A stretch of DNA of 64,000 nucleotides from Neoechinorhynchus agilis (Eukaryota; Animalia; Acanthocephala). Under the pieces are notes generated by a model, which saw nothing but the letters and a program-made list of their open reading frames with translations, was not told where the DNA came from and did no database searches. The stretch is taken from NCBI GenBank assembly GCA_051530055.1, contig CM121342.1:7944691-8008690 (forward strand). The letters run 5' to 3'. Positions 23,760 to 37,289 of the stretch are shown here, piece after piece; positions within the stretch are counted from its first letter, which is position 1; each line of letters starts with the position of its first letter. The position numbers and the translations under genes are program-made.

Positions 23760-25100
23760 CTAAAACCAAATGATAGATTCCTTGAATCTGGAAGAGGACA
23801 AGTTTAAGAAGGGATCAAGTTGGGTAGACCACCAGAGTCTTTGACGGCCTGCCACCATTTGGATTTGCAACTTGAACGAATTTTTGCGGGCCGCTATTAT
23901 TTTGAAAGATAGTACTTTTTGTAAACGGGGAAAGTCAAGATATTGATTGAGATGGGTCTTAGATGCATGATTTCGAAGGAGTTTCAAGATGGGGATTATC
24001 CATGGTGGGTCACGGTTGCATATTCGAATGAATTTCTTGGGTATTGTTAAATTCAGAGAATATTTTATGATTGAGGTAAGGGAGGACATGGCCAAGGAAG
24101 GGTCATTTGTGTTGATGGAGTGAATAACAGAATTGAATAATTTGATAAAATTGTAGAAGTTTTGATCCCGTTTACCCCAGACGGGTAGGCGAGTTGATTT
24201 TTCAAGCTGAGTTGGAGTAGAGGGAGCGATAAGGGCAGAAGAGTTATAAGATTTAGCGTGGGAAAGAGTTTAGAGGCGGATGAGTAGACGTCCATAAGTG
24301 GTGAAAACTTTGTCGAGGTGGACGTCAAGAAGTGCTGGGAAGTCAATTCGTTGACGCAACTCGGAGAAGGGCAGAAGAGGAAATAGTTTACTGAAATCCC
24401 CTGCAATTAAGAAATGGTGTGAATTTGTGGAGTTTATGAGCTCCGTTATAAGATCAATTTGGAGCAAAGAGGACGAAAGGCAGGAGGGCGATAGACGCCA
24501 GCAATAGTGAATTCTCTAATGCCGTTGAGCTCGCGGGCTGTATGGAAGCTCTGTGCTCGGGAAGGATGACTTAATTTTTGTTTAAGGGATAAGCCACGCT
24601 TCAGCTAAGGTGATTGCGTTGGCTTTTTAAGTGAATGAAATGAGTAATATTTCATCTACTTTAAGGAGGGGACTTTGAGTGTTGGAGCAGATTACGATGG
24701 GGAAAGCAATTTTGGATTTAGGCACAATGGTACAAGGAAATGAGGGAGATTGCGGATGTTTTGGTTGTCGTGAATGATAGATTAAAGGAGGAATCGTTAC
24801 AAGTTGTCGATCCCAAAGCACTGATTATCCAGCAGGGCGAAAGTCGGGGAACAAATCGAAAATTTGTGTTGGGATGAGTGATTTGCATAAATAGAAGCGC
24901 GCGTTGAGTTGAGAATTCGTGTAGATCAGCAACAATTTGATGAACCGATTTATGGATTATTTGTGTAGGGGATAAGTGATAATTTTTAAGTTGTTTTAGG
25001 AGGGTAATCATGTTTAATGTGGAAATTTGCGTCATTGTGGTTTATAAGTTTTCGGGCACCGTCAAAGAAATTAGGAAGTCGGTAACTGGTGGAGCATTTA
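23760..25100 (-). mobile_element. Older, more diverged L2/CR1-group LINE relic (ORF1 end and APE region) abutting the 300-bp satellite
   Basis: INSTNSHHFLIAGDF and HLDKVFT motifs; homologous to ~59760-61170. Confidence 0.8.
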
Positions 25101-25139
25101 GAATGTTACAAGCTTTTTAGGCTCAAGCGATCGATTTCC

Positions 25140-28100
25140 ACAATAGCGACCGACTTACATTTATAGACTTCCTTTCTTGCGCACTTCATGGATTCCCGTG
25201 CTTTTTCAGTCGCTTCTCCCTTCTTAGTTTTCCATTAATTGGTTTTCTGAATCAACTTCCAACCCAACATTAAAAGTGCTCACCAATATAACAAGTGCCC
25301 GCGCGTTAATTTTTTACAGTAACGTCATTGTCGGATGAAGAAATCTGCGTTGTGTGCGTGGAATGTCCCTATGTTTTCTCGCGGGTTTCATCTCGTTTTT
25401 CGGATAGTTTCCTAAATTGGTGATCGTAAATATTGATGGTGACCGAGCGGAAACGATCGATTTACATTTATTGACCATGCCTTTCTTGCGCACTTCATGG
25501 ATCTCTGTTGAGTTTATAACTCCCTTCTCAGTTCTTAGTTTTCCATAAATTGGTTTTCTGAATTATATTCGAAACGAACGTTCAGCGTAGGCAGCAATAT
25601 AACAAGTGTCCGCGCGTTAATTTTTAAGTGACGTCATTGTCGGATGAAGAAATCGGCGTTGTGTGCGTTGAATTTCCCTAAGTTTTCTCGCGGGTTTCAT
25701 ATCGGGTTTCGGCTGATTTGGCGATCGTAAATATTGATGGTTATCGAGCGGCAACGATCGATTTGAATTTATTGACCATTCTTTCCTTGCGCACTTCATG
25801 GATCTCTGTTCAATTTGTAACTCCCTTCTCAGTTCTTAGTTTTCCATAAATTGGTTTTCTGAATTATATTCGAAACGAACGTTCAGCGTAGGCAGCAATA
25901 TAACAAGTGCCCGCGCGTTAATTTTTAAGTGACGTCATTGACGGGTGAAGAAATCGGCGTTGTGTTCTCAGAATGTCCCTAAGTTTTCTCGCGGGTTTCA
26001 TCTCGGTTTTCGGCTAATTTGGTGATCGTAAATATCGATGGCGACCGTGCGGAAAGGATCGATTTACATTTATTGACCATGCCTTCCTTGCGCACTTCAT
26101 GGATCTCTGTTGAGTTTATAACTCCCTTCTCAGTTTTTAATTTTCCAAAAATTGGTTTTCTTAATTATATTCGAAACGAACGTTCAGCGTAGGCAGCAAT
26201 ATAACAAGTGTCCGCGCGTTAATTTTTTACAGTGACGTCATTGTCGAACGAAGAAATCGGCGTTGTGTGCGTTGAATGTCCCTAAGTTTTCTCGCGGGTT
26301 TCATCTCGGTTTTCGGCTACTTTCCTTATTTGGCGATCGTAAATATTGATGGTTATCGAGCGGAAACGATCGATTTGAATTTATTGACCATTCCTTCCTT
26401 GCGCACTTCATGGATCTCTGTTCAATTTGTAACTCCCTTCTCAGTTCTTAGTTTTCCATAAATTGGTTTTCTGAATTATATTCGAAACGAACGTTCAGCG
26501 TAGGCAGCAATATAACAAGTGCCCGCGCGTTAATTTTTAAGTGACGTCATTGTCGGATGAAGAAATCGGCGTTGTGTGCGTTGAATGTCCCTAAGTTTTC
26601 TCGCGGGTTTCATATCGGGTTTCGGCTGTTTCCTAATTTTGTGATCGTAAATATTGATGGCGATCGAGCGGAAACGATCGATTTACATTTATTGACCATT
26701 CCTTCCTTGCGCACTTCATGGATCCCTGTTCAATTTATAACTCGCTTTTCAGTTCTTAGTTTTCTATAAATTGGTTTTCTGAATTATATTTTAAAAGAAC
26801 GTTCAGCGTAGGCAGCAATATAACAAGTGCCCGCGCGTTAATTTTTAAGTGACGTCATTGTCGGGTGAAGAAATCGGCGTTGTGTTCTCAGAATGTCCCT
26901 AAGTTTTCTCGCGGGTTTCATCTCGGTTTTCGGCTAATTTCCAATTTGGTGATCGTAAATATTGATGGCGACCGAGCGGAAACGATCGATTTACATTTAT
27001 TGACCATTCCTTCCTTGCGCACTTCATGGATCCCTGTTCAATTTATAACTCCCTTCTCAGTTCTTAGTTTTCCATAAATTGGTTTTCTGAATTATATTCG
27101 AAACGAACGTTCAGCGTAGGCAGCAATATAACAAGTGCCCGCGCGTTAATTTTTAAAGTGACGTCATTGTCGGATGAAGAAATCGGCGTTGTGTGCGTTG
27201 AATGTCCCTAAGTTTTCTCGCGGGTTTCATATCGGGTTTCGGCTGATTTCCTGATTTTGTGATCGTAAATATTGATGGCGACCGAGCGGAAACGATCGAT
27301 TTAAATTTATTGACCATTCCTTCCTTGCGCACTTCATGGATCTCTGTTCAATTTATAACTCGCTTCTCAGTTCTTAGTTTTCCATAAATTGGTTTTCTGA
27401 ATTATATTCGAAACGAACGTTCAGCGTAGGCAGCAATATAACAAGTGCCCGCGCGTTAATTTTTAAAGTGACGTCATTGTCGGATGAAGAAATCGGCGTT
27501 GTGTGCGTTGAATGTCCCTAAGTTTTCTCGCGGGTTTCATATCGGGTTTCGGCTAATTTTGTGATCGTAAATATTGATGGCGATCGAGCGGAAACGATCG
27601 ATTTACATTTATTGACCATTCCTTCCTTGCGCACTTCATGGATCCCTGTTCAATTTATAACTCGCTTCTCAGTTCTTAGTTTTCTATAAATTGGTTTTCT
27701 GAATTATATTCGAAACGAACGTTCAGCGTAGGCAGCAATATAACAAGTGCCCGCGCGTTAATTTTTAAGTGACGTCATTGTCGGGTGAAGAAATCGGCGT
27801 TGTGTTCTCAGAATGTCCCTAAGTTTTCTCGCGGGTTTCATCTCGGGTTTCGGCTAATTTCCAATTTGGTGATCGTAAATATTGATGGCGACCGAGCGGA
27901 AACGATCGATTTACATTTATTGACCATTCCTTCCTTGCGCACTTCATGGATCCCTGTTCAATTTATAACTCGCTTCTCAGTTCTTAGTTTTCCATAAATT
28001 GGTTTTCTGAATTATATTCGAAACGAACGTTCAGCGTAGGCAGCAATATAACAAGTGCCCGCGCGTTAATTTTTAAGTGACGTCATTGTCGGATGAAGAA

Positions 28101-31100
28101 ATCGGCGTTGTGTGCGTTGAATGTCCCTAAGTTTTCTCGCGGGTTTCATCTCGGGTTTCGGCTAATTTGGTGATCGTAAATATTGATGGCGACCGAGCGG
28201 AAACGATCGATTTACATTTATTGACCATTCCTTCCTTGCGCACTTCATGGATCTCTGTTCAATTTATAACTCCCTCTCAGTTCTTAGTTTTCCATAAATT
28301 GGTTTTCTGAATTATATTCGAACGAACGTTCAGCGTAGGCAGCAATATAACAAGTGCCCGCGCGTTAATTTTTAAAGTGACGTCATTGTCGGATGAAGAA
28401 ATCGGCGTTGTGTGCGTTGAATGTCCCTAAGTTTTCTCGCGGGTTTCATATCGGGTTTCGGCTGATTTGGCGATCGTAAATATTGATGGCAATCGAGCGG
28501 TAACGATCGATTTGAATTTATTGACCATTCCTTCCTTGCGCACTTCATGGATCTCTGTTCAATTTATAACTCCCTTCTCAGTTCTTAGTTTTCCATAAAT
28601 TGGTTTTCTGAATTATATTCGAAACGAACGTTCAGCGTAGGCAGCAATATAACAAGTGCCCGCGCGTTAATTTTTAAGTGACGTCATTGTCGGATGAAGA
28701 AATCGGCGTTGTGTGCGTTGAATGTCCCTAAGTTTTCTCGCGGGTTTCATCTCGGTTTTCGGCTAATTTGGTGATCGTAAATATTGATGGCGACCGAGCG
28801 GAAACGATCGATTTACATTTATTGACCATTCCTTCCTTGCGCACTTCATGGATCCCTGTTCAATTTATAACTCCCTTCTCAGTTCTTAGTTTTCCATAAA
28901 TTGGTTTTCTGAATTATATTCGAAACGAACGTTCAGCGTAGGCAGCAATATAACAAGTGCCCGCGCGTTAATTTTTAAAGTGACGTCATTGTCGGATGAA
29001 GAAATCGGCGTTGTGTGCGTTGAATGTCCCTAAGTTTTCTCGCGGGTTTCATCTCGGTTTTCGGCTAATTTGGTGATCGTAAATATTGATGGCGACCGTG
29101 CGGAAAGGATCGATTTACATTTATTGACCATTCCTTCCTTGCGCACTTCATGGATCCCTGTTCAATTTATAACTCCCTTCTCAGTTCTTAGTTTTCCATA
29201 AATTGGTTTTCTGAATTATATTCGAAACGAACGTTCAGCGTAGGCAGCAATATAACAAGTGCCCGCGCGTTAATTTTTAAGAGTGACGTCATTGTCGGAT
29301 GAAGAAATCGGCGTTGTGTGCGTTGAATGTCCCTAAGTTTTCTCGCGGGTTTCATCTCGGTTTTCGGCTAATTTGGTGATCGTAAATATTGATGGCGACC
29401 GTGCGGAAAGGATCGATTTGAATTTATTGACCATTCCTTCCTTGCGCACTTCATGGATCTCTGTTCAATTTATAACTCCCTGTCAGTTCTTAGTTTTCCA
29501 TAAATTGGTTTTCTGAATTATATTCGAAACGAACGTTCAGCGTAGGCAGCAATATAACAAGTGCCCGCGCGTTAATTTTTAAGAGTGACGTCATTGTCGG
29601 ATGAAGAAATCGGCGTTGTGTGCGTTGAATGTCCCTAAGTTTTCTCGCGGGTTTCATCTCGGTTTTCGGCTAATTTTGTGATCGTAAATATTGATAGCGA
29701 TCGAGCGGAAACGATCGATTTACATTTATTGACCATTCCTTCCTTGCGCACTTCATGGATCCCTGTTCAACTTATAACTCGCTTTTCAGTTCTTAGTTTT
29801 CTATTAATTGGTTTTCCGAATTATATTTTAAAAGAACGTTCAGCGTAGGCAGCAATATAACAAGTGCCCGCGCGTTAATTTTTAAGTGACGTCATTGTCG
29901 GGTGAAGAAATCGGCGTTGTGTTCTCAGAATGTCCCTAAGTTTTCTCGCGGGTTTCATCTCGGGTTTCGGCTAATTTCCCAATTTGGTGATCGTAAATAT
30001 TGATGGCGACCGAGCGGAAACGATCGCTTTACATTTATTGACCATTCCTTCCTTGCGCACTTCATGGATCCCTGTTCAATTTATAACTCCCTTCTCAGTT
30101 CTTAGTTTTCCATAAATTGGTTTTCTGAATTATATTCCAAAAGAACGTTCAGCGTAGGCAGCAATATTACAAGTACCCGCGAGTTAATTTTTAAGAGTGA
30201 TGTCATTGTCGGATGAAGAAATCGGCGTTGTGTGCGTTGAATGTCCCTAAGTTTTCTCGCGGGTTTCATATCGGGTTTCGGCTGATTTCCTAATTTTGTG
30301 ATCGTAAATATTGATGGCGACCGAGCGAAAACGATCGATCTACATTTATTGACCATTCCTTCCTTGCGCACTTCATGGATCCCTGTTCAATTTATAACTC
30401 GCTTCTCAGTTCTTAGTTTTCCATAAATTGGTTTTCTGAATTATATTCGAAACGAACGTTCAGCGTAGGCAGCAATATAACAAGTGCCCGCGCGTTAATT
30501 TTTAAGTGACGTCATTGTCGGATGAAGAAATCGGCGTTGTGTGCGTTGAATGTCCCTAAGTTTTCTCGCGGGTTTCATATCGGGTTTCGGCTGATTTGGC
30601 GATCGTAAATATTGATGGCAATCGAGCGGTAACGATCGATTTGAATTTATTGACCATTCCTTCCTTGCGCACTTCATGGATCTCTGTTCAATTTATAACT
30701 CCCTGTCAGTTCTTAGTTTTCCATAAATTGGTTTTCTGAATTATATTCGAAACGAACGTTCAGCGTAGGCAGCAATATAACAAGTGCCCGCGCGTTAATT
30801 TTTAAAGTGACGTCATTGTCGGATGAAGAAATCGGCGTTGTGTGCGTTGAATGTCCCTAAGTTTTCTCGCGGGTTTCATCGGGTTTCGGCTGATTTGGCG
30901 ATCGTAAATATTGATGGCAATCGAGCGGTAACGATCGATTTGAATTTATTGACCATTCCTTCCTTGCGCACTTCATGGATCTCTGTTCAATTTATAACTC
31001 CCTTCTCAGTTCTTAGTTTTCCATAAATTGGTTTTCTGAATTATATTCGAAACGAACGTTCAGCGTAGGCAGCAATATAACAAGTGCCCGCGCGTTAATT

Positions 31101-33085
31101 TTTAAGTGACGTCATTGTCGGATGAAGAAATCGGCGTTGTGTGCGTTGAATTTCCCTAAGTTTTCTCGCGGGTTTCATATCGGGTTTCGGCTGATTTCCT
31201 AATTTTGTGATCGTAAATATTGATGGCGACCGAGCGAAAACGATCGATCTACATTTATTGACCATTCCTTCCTTGCGCACTTCATGGATCCCTGTTCAAT
31301 TTGTAACTCGCTTCTCAGTTCTTAGTTTTCTATAAATTGGTTTTCTGAATTATATTCGAAACGAACGTTCAGCGTAGGCAGCAATATAACAAGTGCCCGC
31401 GCGTTAATTTTTAAGAGTGATGTCATTGTCGGATAAAGAAATCTGCGTTCTGTGCGTTGAATGTTCCTAAGTTTTCTCGCGGGTTTCATCTCGGGTTTCA
31501 GTTGATTTCCTAATTTTGTGATCGTAAATATTGATGGCGACCGAGCGAAAACGATCGATCTACATTTATTGACCATTCCTTCCTTGCGCACTTCATGGAT
31601 CCCTGTTCAATTTATAACTCGCTTCTTAGTTCTTAGTTTTCCATAAATTGGTTTTCTTAATTATATTCGAAACGAACGTTCAGCGTAGGCAGCAATATAA
31701 CAAGTGTCCGCGCGTTAATTTTTTACAGTGACGTCATTGTCGAACGAAGAAATCGGCGTTGTGTGCGTTGAATGTCCCTAAGTTTTCTCGCGGGTTTCAT
31801 ATCGGGTTTCGGCTGATTTGGCGATCGTAAATATTGATGGCAATCGAGCGGTAACGATCGATTTGAATTTATTGACCATTCTTTCCTTGCGCACTTCATG
31901 GATCTCTGTTCAATTTGTAACTCCCTTCTCAGTTCTTAGTTTTCCATAAATTGGTTTTCTGAATTATATTCGAAACGAACGTTCAGCGTAGGCAGCAATA
32001 TAACAAGTGCCCGCGCGTTAATTTTTAAGTGACGTCATTGACGGGTGAAGAAATCGGCGTTGTGTGCGTTGAATGTCCCTAAGTTTTCTCGCGGGTTTCA
32101 TCTCGGTTTTCGGCTAATTTGGTGATCGTAAATATTGATGGCGACCGTGCGGAAAGGATCGATTTACATTTATTGACCATTCCTTCCTTGCGCACTTCAT
32201 GGATCTCTGTTCAATTTATAACTCCCTTCTCAGTTCTTAGTTTTCCATAAATTGGTTTTCTGAATTATATTCGAAACGAACGTTCAGCGTAGGCAGCAAT
32301 ATAACAACTGCCCGCGCGTTAATTTTTAAGAGTGACGTCATTGTCGGATGAAGAAATCGGCGTTGTGTGCGTTGAATGTCCCTAAGTTTTCTCGCGGGTT
32401 TCATCTCGGTTTTCGGCTAATTTGGTGATCGTAAATATTGATGGCGACCGTGCGGAAAGGATCGATTTGAATTTATTGACCATTCCTTCCTTGCGCACTT
32501 CATGGATCTCTGTTCAATTTATAACTCCCTCTCAGTTCTTAGTTTTCCATAAATTGGTTTTCTGAATTATATTCGAAACGAACGTTCAGCGTAGGCAGCA
32601 ATATAACAAGTGCCCGCGCGTTAATTTTTTAAGTGACGTCATTGTCGGATGAAGAAATCGGCGTTGTGTTCTTAGAATGTCCCTAAGTTTTCTCGCGGGT
32701 TTCATCTCGGTTTTCGGCTAATTTGGTGATCGTAAATATTGATGGCGACCGTGCGGAAAGGATCGATTTACATTTATTGACCATTCCTTCCTTGCGCACT
32801 TCATGGATCCCTGTTCAATTTATAACTCCCTTCTCAGTTCTTAGTTTTCCATAAATTGGTTTTCTGAATTATATTCGAAACGAACGTTCAGCGTAGGCAG
32901 CAATATAACAAGTGCCCGCGCGTTAATTTTTAAGAGTGACGTCATTGTCGGATGAAGAAATCGGCGTTGTGTGCGTTGAATGTCCCTAAGTTTTCTCGCG
33001 GGTTTCATATCGGTTTTCGGCTAATTTGGTGATCGTAAATATTGATGGCGACCGTGCGGAAAGGATCGATTTACATTTATTGACC
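25140..33085. repeat. Tandem satellite array, about 26 copies of a 300-310 bp monomer
   Basis: The GTCATTG anchor recurs from ~25324 to ~32940 at 298-312 bp spacing. Two length classes differ by a ~9-nt indel after CGGCT. Left edge degenerate, right edge sharp at ~33085. Confidence 0.98.
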
Positions 33086-33351
33086 TGTTATTTAGGTGAG
33101 GATGTTTTTGGGGATGTTCAATTTCCCAATCTCCATCTTAATTTCTATCGCGGGTTGTGCGGTCTGATGGTCCCAGCTAAATCTTTTTGAACCACCTGTT
33201 TAGAAACTATAAGAAGCGAAGCACATTTTTATCACAACATTTTGTTTCTACTTGTGTCCGTGGTGGTGTGTAAGAACATTCGCGGCTTTGCAGTATGCAA
33301 GGGCCTCTATGATTTGAGACATGGTTTTGTCTGAAATAGAACTGAATCTCG

Positions 33352-33822
33352 TTATGAAAGTTTCGTAGTCGAAAACGTTAATCGCCTCTGATTCAATTGA
33401 TTCATGGGCCAAACTGGAGCCGGGGATGAATTATCAGGCAATGCCATACGATCGGCTAAACGACACAACTCTTTGATGCTATTTTGAAGGGTGGACATAA
33501 AGTCTTCTCCTCCCTTTAAAATATCTTCAGCAACCTGTTTAATTAGTGAATAAGCTTCTGAGTAACTCTCTTCTTTGGATAACATAGTTGTCCTTGTGGG
33601 GAATGAACTGGTTGTGAAAGTGTAGTGTGGGGGATAGTCAGTAGGAGCTTCAGTCGTAGGGGTCCGGTCCATGTCATCCGGCTGCTCTAAATACTCAATG
33701 CCCTTGGCCAATTGGTTTATGCTGAGGCGAAATTCCTGCTTACTACTATCACTCACTTCTTGATTGAAAACATTCATTAGTGGGAATTGATTCTTGGGCC
33801 CCGCCAGGATTTTGTTTTGCAA
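33352..33822 (-). CDS. Unassigned 156-aa open frame next to the satellite; possibly a retroelement ORF1 relic or an orphan exon
   Basis: ORF length and composition only; no family motif recognised. Confidence 0.25.
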   Translation of the reverse strand: MQNKILAGPKNQFPLMNVFNQEVSDSSKQEFRLSINQLAKGIEYLEQPDDMDRTPTTEAPTDYPPHYTFTTSSFPTRTTMLSKEESYSEAYSLIKQVAEDILKGGEDFMSTLQNSIKELCRLADRMALPDNSSPAPVWPMNQLNQRRLTFSTTKLS

Positions 33823-34889
33823 GCTTGCCGCGGATCGTCAGTCATTCTTCTCGGTCTATATGACAATTGTTTCACTATGTCCTGCGCCGTGATACCGAAG
33901 GAGCTCGAATTTATTTTGATATAAACTTAGTAATCTTAATAATCCGTAAAAAAATTTAATTACAGTAAAATTTGTAATCTATGAACGAATCATAATCCGA
34001 GGTTGTTCAGTTTTGCGAACTTTAGACGGAAGATCTGAAAGTCCCGCGTTATCGTTCGTGCAAAAAAATAAGTTTCTTTTATCCTGATTGCTAAGATCAA
34101 ACACGATAATTTGTTGCTCTTTATGCGAGAAAAATTTACGAGCGATAAATTGGGCGCAAATGGTTGTTTGTCAAGGGAACTGTTATTTCGAGTTTTTTTA
34201 AACAATTATTGTTAAGTTAATTGATCCTCGATTGAAGTTCAAAGTTGTATGCTTGTATTTTAGACTAAATCAGAACTTTATGAAAATGTTTAAAATATTT
34301 CTTATTTCGCGAAAAAGTTTGTCTTCAAAGTAAAGGACCCTGTTTTCAGTACGCTGCAATTGATCTTGGATTTCGAAAATTGTAACAAATACCTCGATTG
34401 TCTGCCGTTCAATAGTAAAGTTATCACTCAATGGTAGTTTTAAGAAGTTCGCTTAACCTTTACATATTGTCAGCGGTATTTTTAAATTTTAAGAATATCT
34501 TCAAGGAACTAACGTCCTAATTATTGCTGAGTTAACGAGGGTACTAGAAACAATCAACAAATATCGAGAGTTGAGATTTGCGTGGTGCATTCGCGATTTG
34601 ATTATTGATTTGGAATTGCGTCTTTTACTGGAGAATGTGGAACAAAATGCCTATTGAAATTCTTGCTCCTCGCACTCTTTTTGCATAGTCGCATTAAGTC
34701 GCAGGATCTCTTGAACAATGTCCCAGAATTTGTCCTACTCTATCAGCACTGTCTTGGCTCTATGCGAAATATCAATCTTTTTTCCGGAATCACGAGTACA
34801 GCTCTCGTCTAAAAGTTATCTCGCAGATCAAGAAAGGTTTTTACAAGAAAAACTCGATCGTCTCACGGCCCGAGTTCCCCAGGTATTAA

Positions 34890-35255
34890 TGGCAACGATC
34901 GGTCGACTGTTGACTGATTCAACAAATTACGAATCGGTGCAAAACCATGTACAGAATGTTCCTCCGTTGTTTTAATTTCGATATTCGTTGATGGATTTGC
35001 GTGAACGAGATTGGAAGATGGGTTGTTTACCTGAACCGCTGGAAAGTACCGAGATTAGAATACAAGAAATGCAGGTACCACTCGATTTTATTTCCCATTT
35101 GAAAAGTATAATCAACGGTTGCAAATCAATTAGGCATGTTCAAGTGGTTAATTGTAATATAGAACCCGATGTAGAAGACTTTGCTCCAGATAATCCATAA
35201 TAAAGAATTTTCGATGAAGTGAACGTTTCTCACAATTGGAGTTTTATGATATTAC
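34890..35255 (+). pseudogene. Partial duplicate of the 3' end of the LRR gene (23270-23700)
   Basis: MDLRERDWKMGCLPEPLESTEIRIQEMQVPLDFISHLKSIINGCKSIRHVQVVNCNIE is identical between the copies; 15-bp deletion near the C-terminus; upstream part frameshifted. Confidence 0.85.
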
Positions 35256-35583
35256 CATACATTGAAGCGCAAAAACAGGCACAATTACAAATATCATTTT
35301 GTCTTTTTAAATTTCAGGTAGATAATCACTTTTGGCTCAATGGCTTCACAATATTTGTTAAATACAGTGGAACGTTCATTATCCGGATATATTTTTTGTC
35401 AATTTCATGAACCTCATAAAGGTACATTTTCCAACCGCAAAATGCTTATAGGTAGTTTCGCTTGTCAAAGGTGCGATACTCTCCAAGTAAAAGGAAATTA
35501 TTGATTCGGTAAACAAAAGCGTGGAATATTAGGTTTGTTTATTGTATATAATTTAGTATAATAATTATTATTTTTAAATTGTT

Positions 35584-35763
35584 ATGGTTTCAAATTCGAA
35601 AAAGAATCGCAACGTCTTGAACCTAGAAACAAAAGTTGAAATATTGAATCGTCTTGAGAGTGCAATGGTACAGAAAAAAGTGATTATTTTCGACAATAAA
35701 GCTAAAATTATGCAATTATCCTCCGATTTTGCTTCTTTTTTGGACCTAAGAAACGAAATTTAA
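35584..35763 (+). mobile_element. pogo/Tigger (CENP-B-family) transposase N-terminal helix-turn-helix relic, 59 aa, below the ORF-track cutoff
   Basis: MVSNSKKNRNVLNLETKVEILNRLES resembles the psq-type HTH start of Tigger/Jerky/CENP-B proteins (KRKxxVLTLxEKxxIxxRLE). Similarity is lost after ~30 aa. Confidence 0.55.
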
Positions 35764-35869
35764 TGCCTATCGTGAATTGTTTTCCTTTCCTCATTGCCTC
35801 GTATGAATCTGCTGACAAGACGCGCTTCTTACCGCACGCCTTCTCTTAGGATACTTCTGAACGCAACCT

Positions 35870-37081
35870 TCATGAAATCGGACGAGTCCGTGTAAGGCTT
35901 AAAACAAGGACAAAGCAATTCGGTAGGTTTTCACGTGCCATGAAATTATCGCTCCAATGAATGACATTATTAGCTATGATTTGTTGATCATCTCCTGTTA
36001 TCAAAAATAAGCCGATATTTCTTATTATTACCAGTACTGAATGTGTAACAATTCCACGTCCAAACTCCATTCTGCTTCCGAAGACGCATCGAATCTATAT
36101 AATTCGGAGCATTGTTATATTGATGCAAAGGAAGACGATCGTAGACCAGGATGAACGGAAAAGTCTAAATATTTTGCCGGTTTATGTAATTGCTTGAAAT
36201 CGGAACTGAACAGTTCGCTAATATCTTCTTAAACGATGTCATCATCGACAGAACTTGCAACATCCAGTATTTGAGCTGGAGTTTTCTAAAGGCATTAAAC
36301 GATGAGAATGTACTCGATTCTTCAGCTGAAGATTCATGGTTGAGCTCGGATTGATCATAATTCGTGTTTTTATGCTGATTTATCAATGATTTTGGATTTA
36401 GAATTCACTGCAGGTTTTCGCCTTTGTTTCGTTTGAATTAGCCTGATGTGTTTTGTTGTGATCCGGTTTATTGCGTTTTATCGACTTAAGTTTCTCGCCG
36501 ATTCGTTTCTCTTGTCCGTAATAGGCTGATACGTTACCGTTCGATTTATGAACCTCCTCGGAGATTGAATTTTCGTGTCACATGATATTTGATAAACTCT
36601 ACAGGAATTATCGCTAAATTGCTCACATGGTAACGATTTTGCATCACGTTCAGTCAAATGAACGTAGATAAGAATTTTATGAACTTTTTTTGAACATTGA
36701 AAAGGACAACAATAAACTCTGCAAAAAACCCCCTAAAAACAATTTTAGGAACGCAAAGGGCGAGCCATTTTTTTGTTGGCTGCTATGGCTGAGAATGTGG
36801 TATTGTGGTTCGGTACGAATAATTTGGTGGATTAGTTCATTCAACTGTTTGTATGTTGCTAAAATGGAAAGATTAGTCAGTGCACTATCGATTCTCGGAT
36901 CTACTGTAATTAATTGCATTGCTCGCTGATTCGAGGCCCAACGGAAACGCATATCACTCAATAGAAACGTTATTTGAAGAACTGAAGTTGTGAACGACGA
37001 CATGGAGTCTCTAATCTGATTGCCTAGTACGTCCATAAATTGGTCGAGTTTATAGTTGTTCTCGTCCATGAAGTGAGTCAT
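35870..37081 (-). pseudogene. Fragmented coding-like region of unknown family
   Basis: Several same-strand protein-like ORFs (134, 73 and 66 aa) separated by stops; no motif recognised. Confidence 0.25.
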
Positions 37082-37289
37082 CGATCGGTTTGTACTCGTA
37101 TGGTAAGTTTCAAAATAATCATTTTGCAGTATGGCTATTTAGTTTCAGCTTCTTGACCCCAACAATAAGTATTGTGTTGATCCAATGCCATTGTTGTTAA
37201 AAGACGCTTAAGGCACTTAATTCGAATAAACGACGTTGTACTGCAACTATGTTATGAAATCAACTTATATATAACACGTTTATTTTATA

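Noticed and set aside
25617-31591. Repeated 60-89 aa ORFs on both strands of the 300-bp satellite
   Set aside because: They open and close with monomer indels; not credible as genes.
25140-33085. CRISPR array, or tandem rRNA/5S/snRNA/spliced-leader gene array
   Set aside because: No unique spacers, no cas genes and a eukaryotic context. No recognisable 5S, U snRNA, tRNA or SL/Sm-site motif in the monomer by eye; an Rfam scan would settle it.
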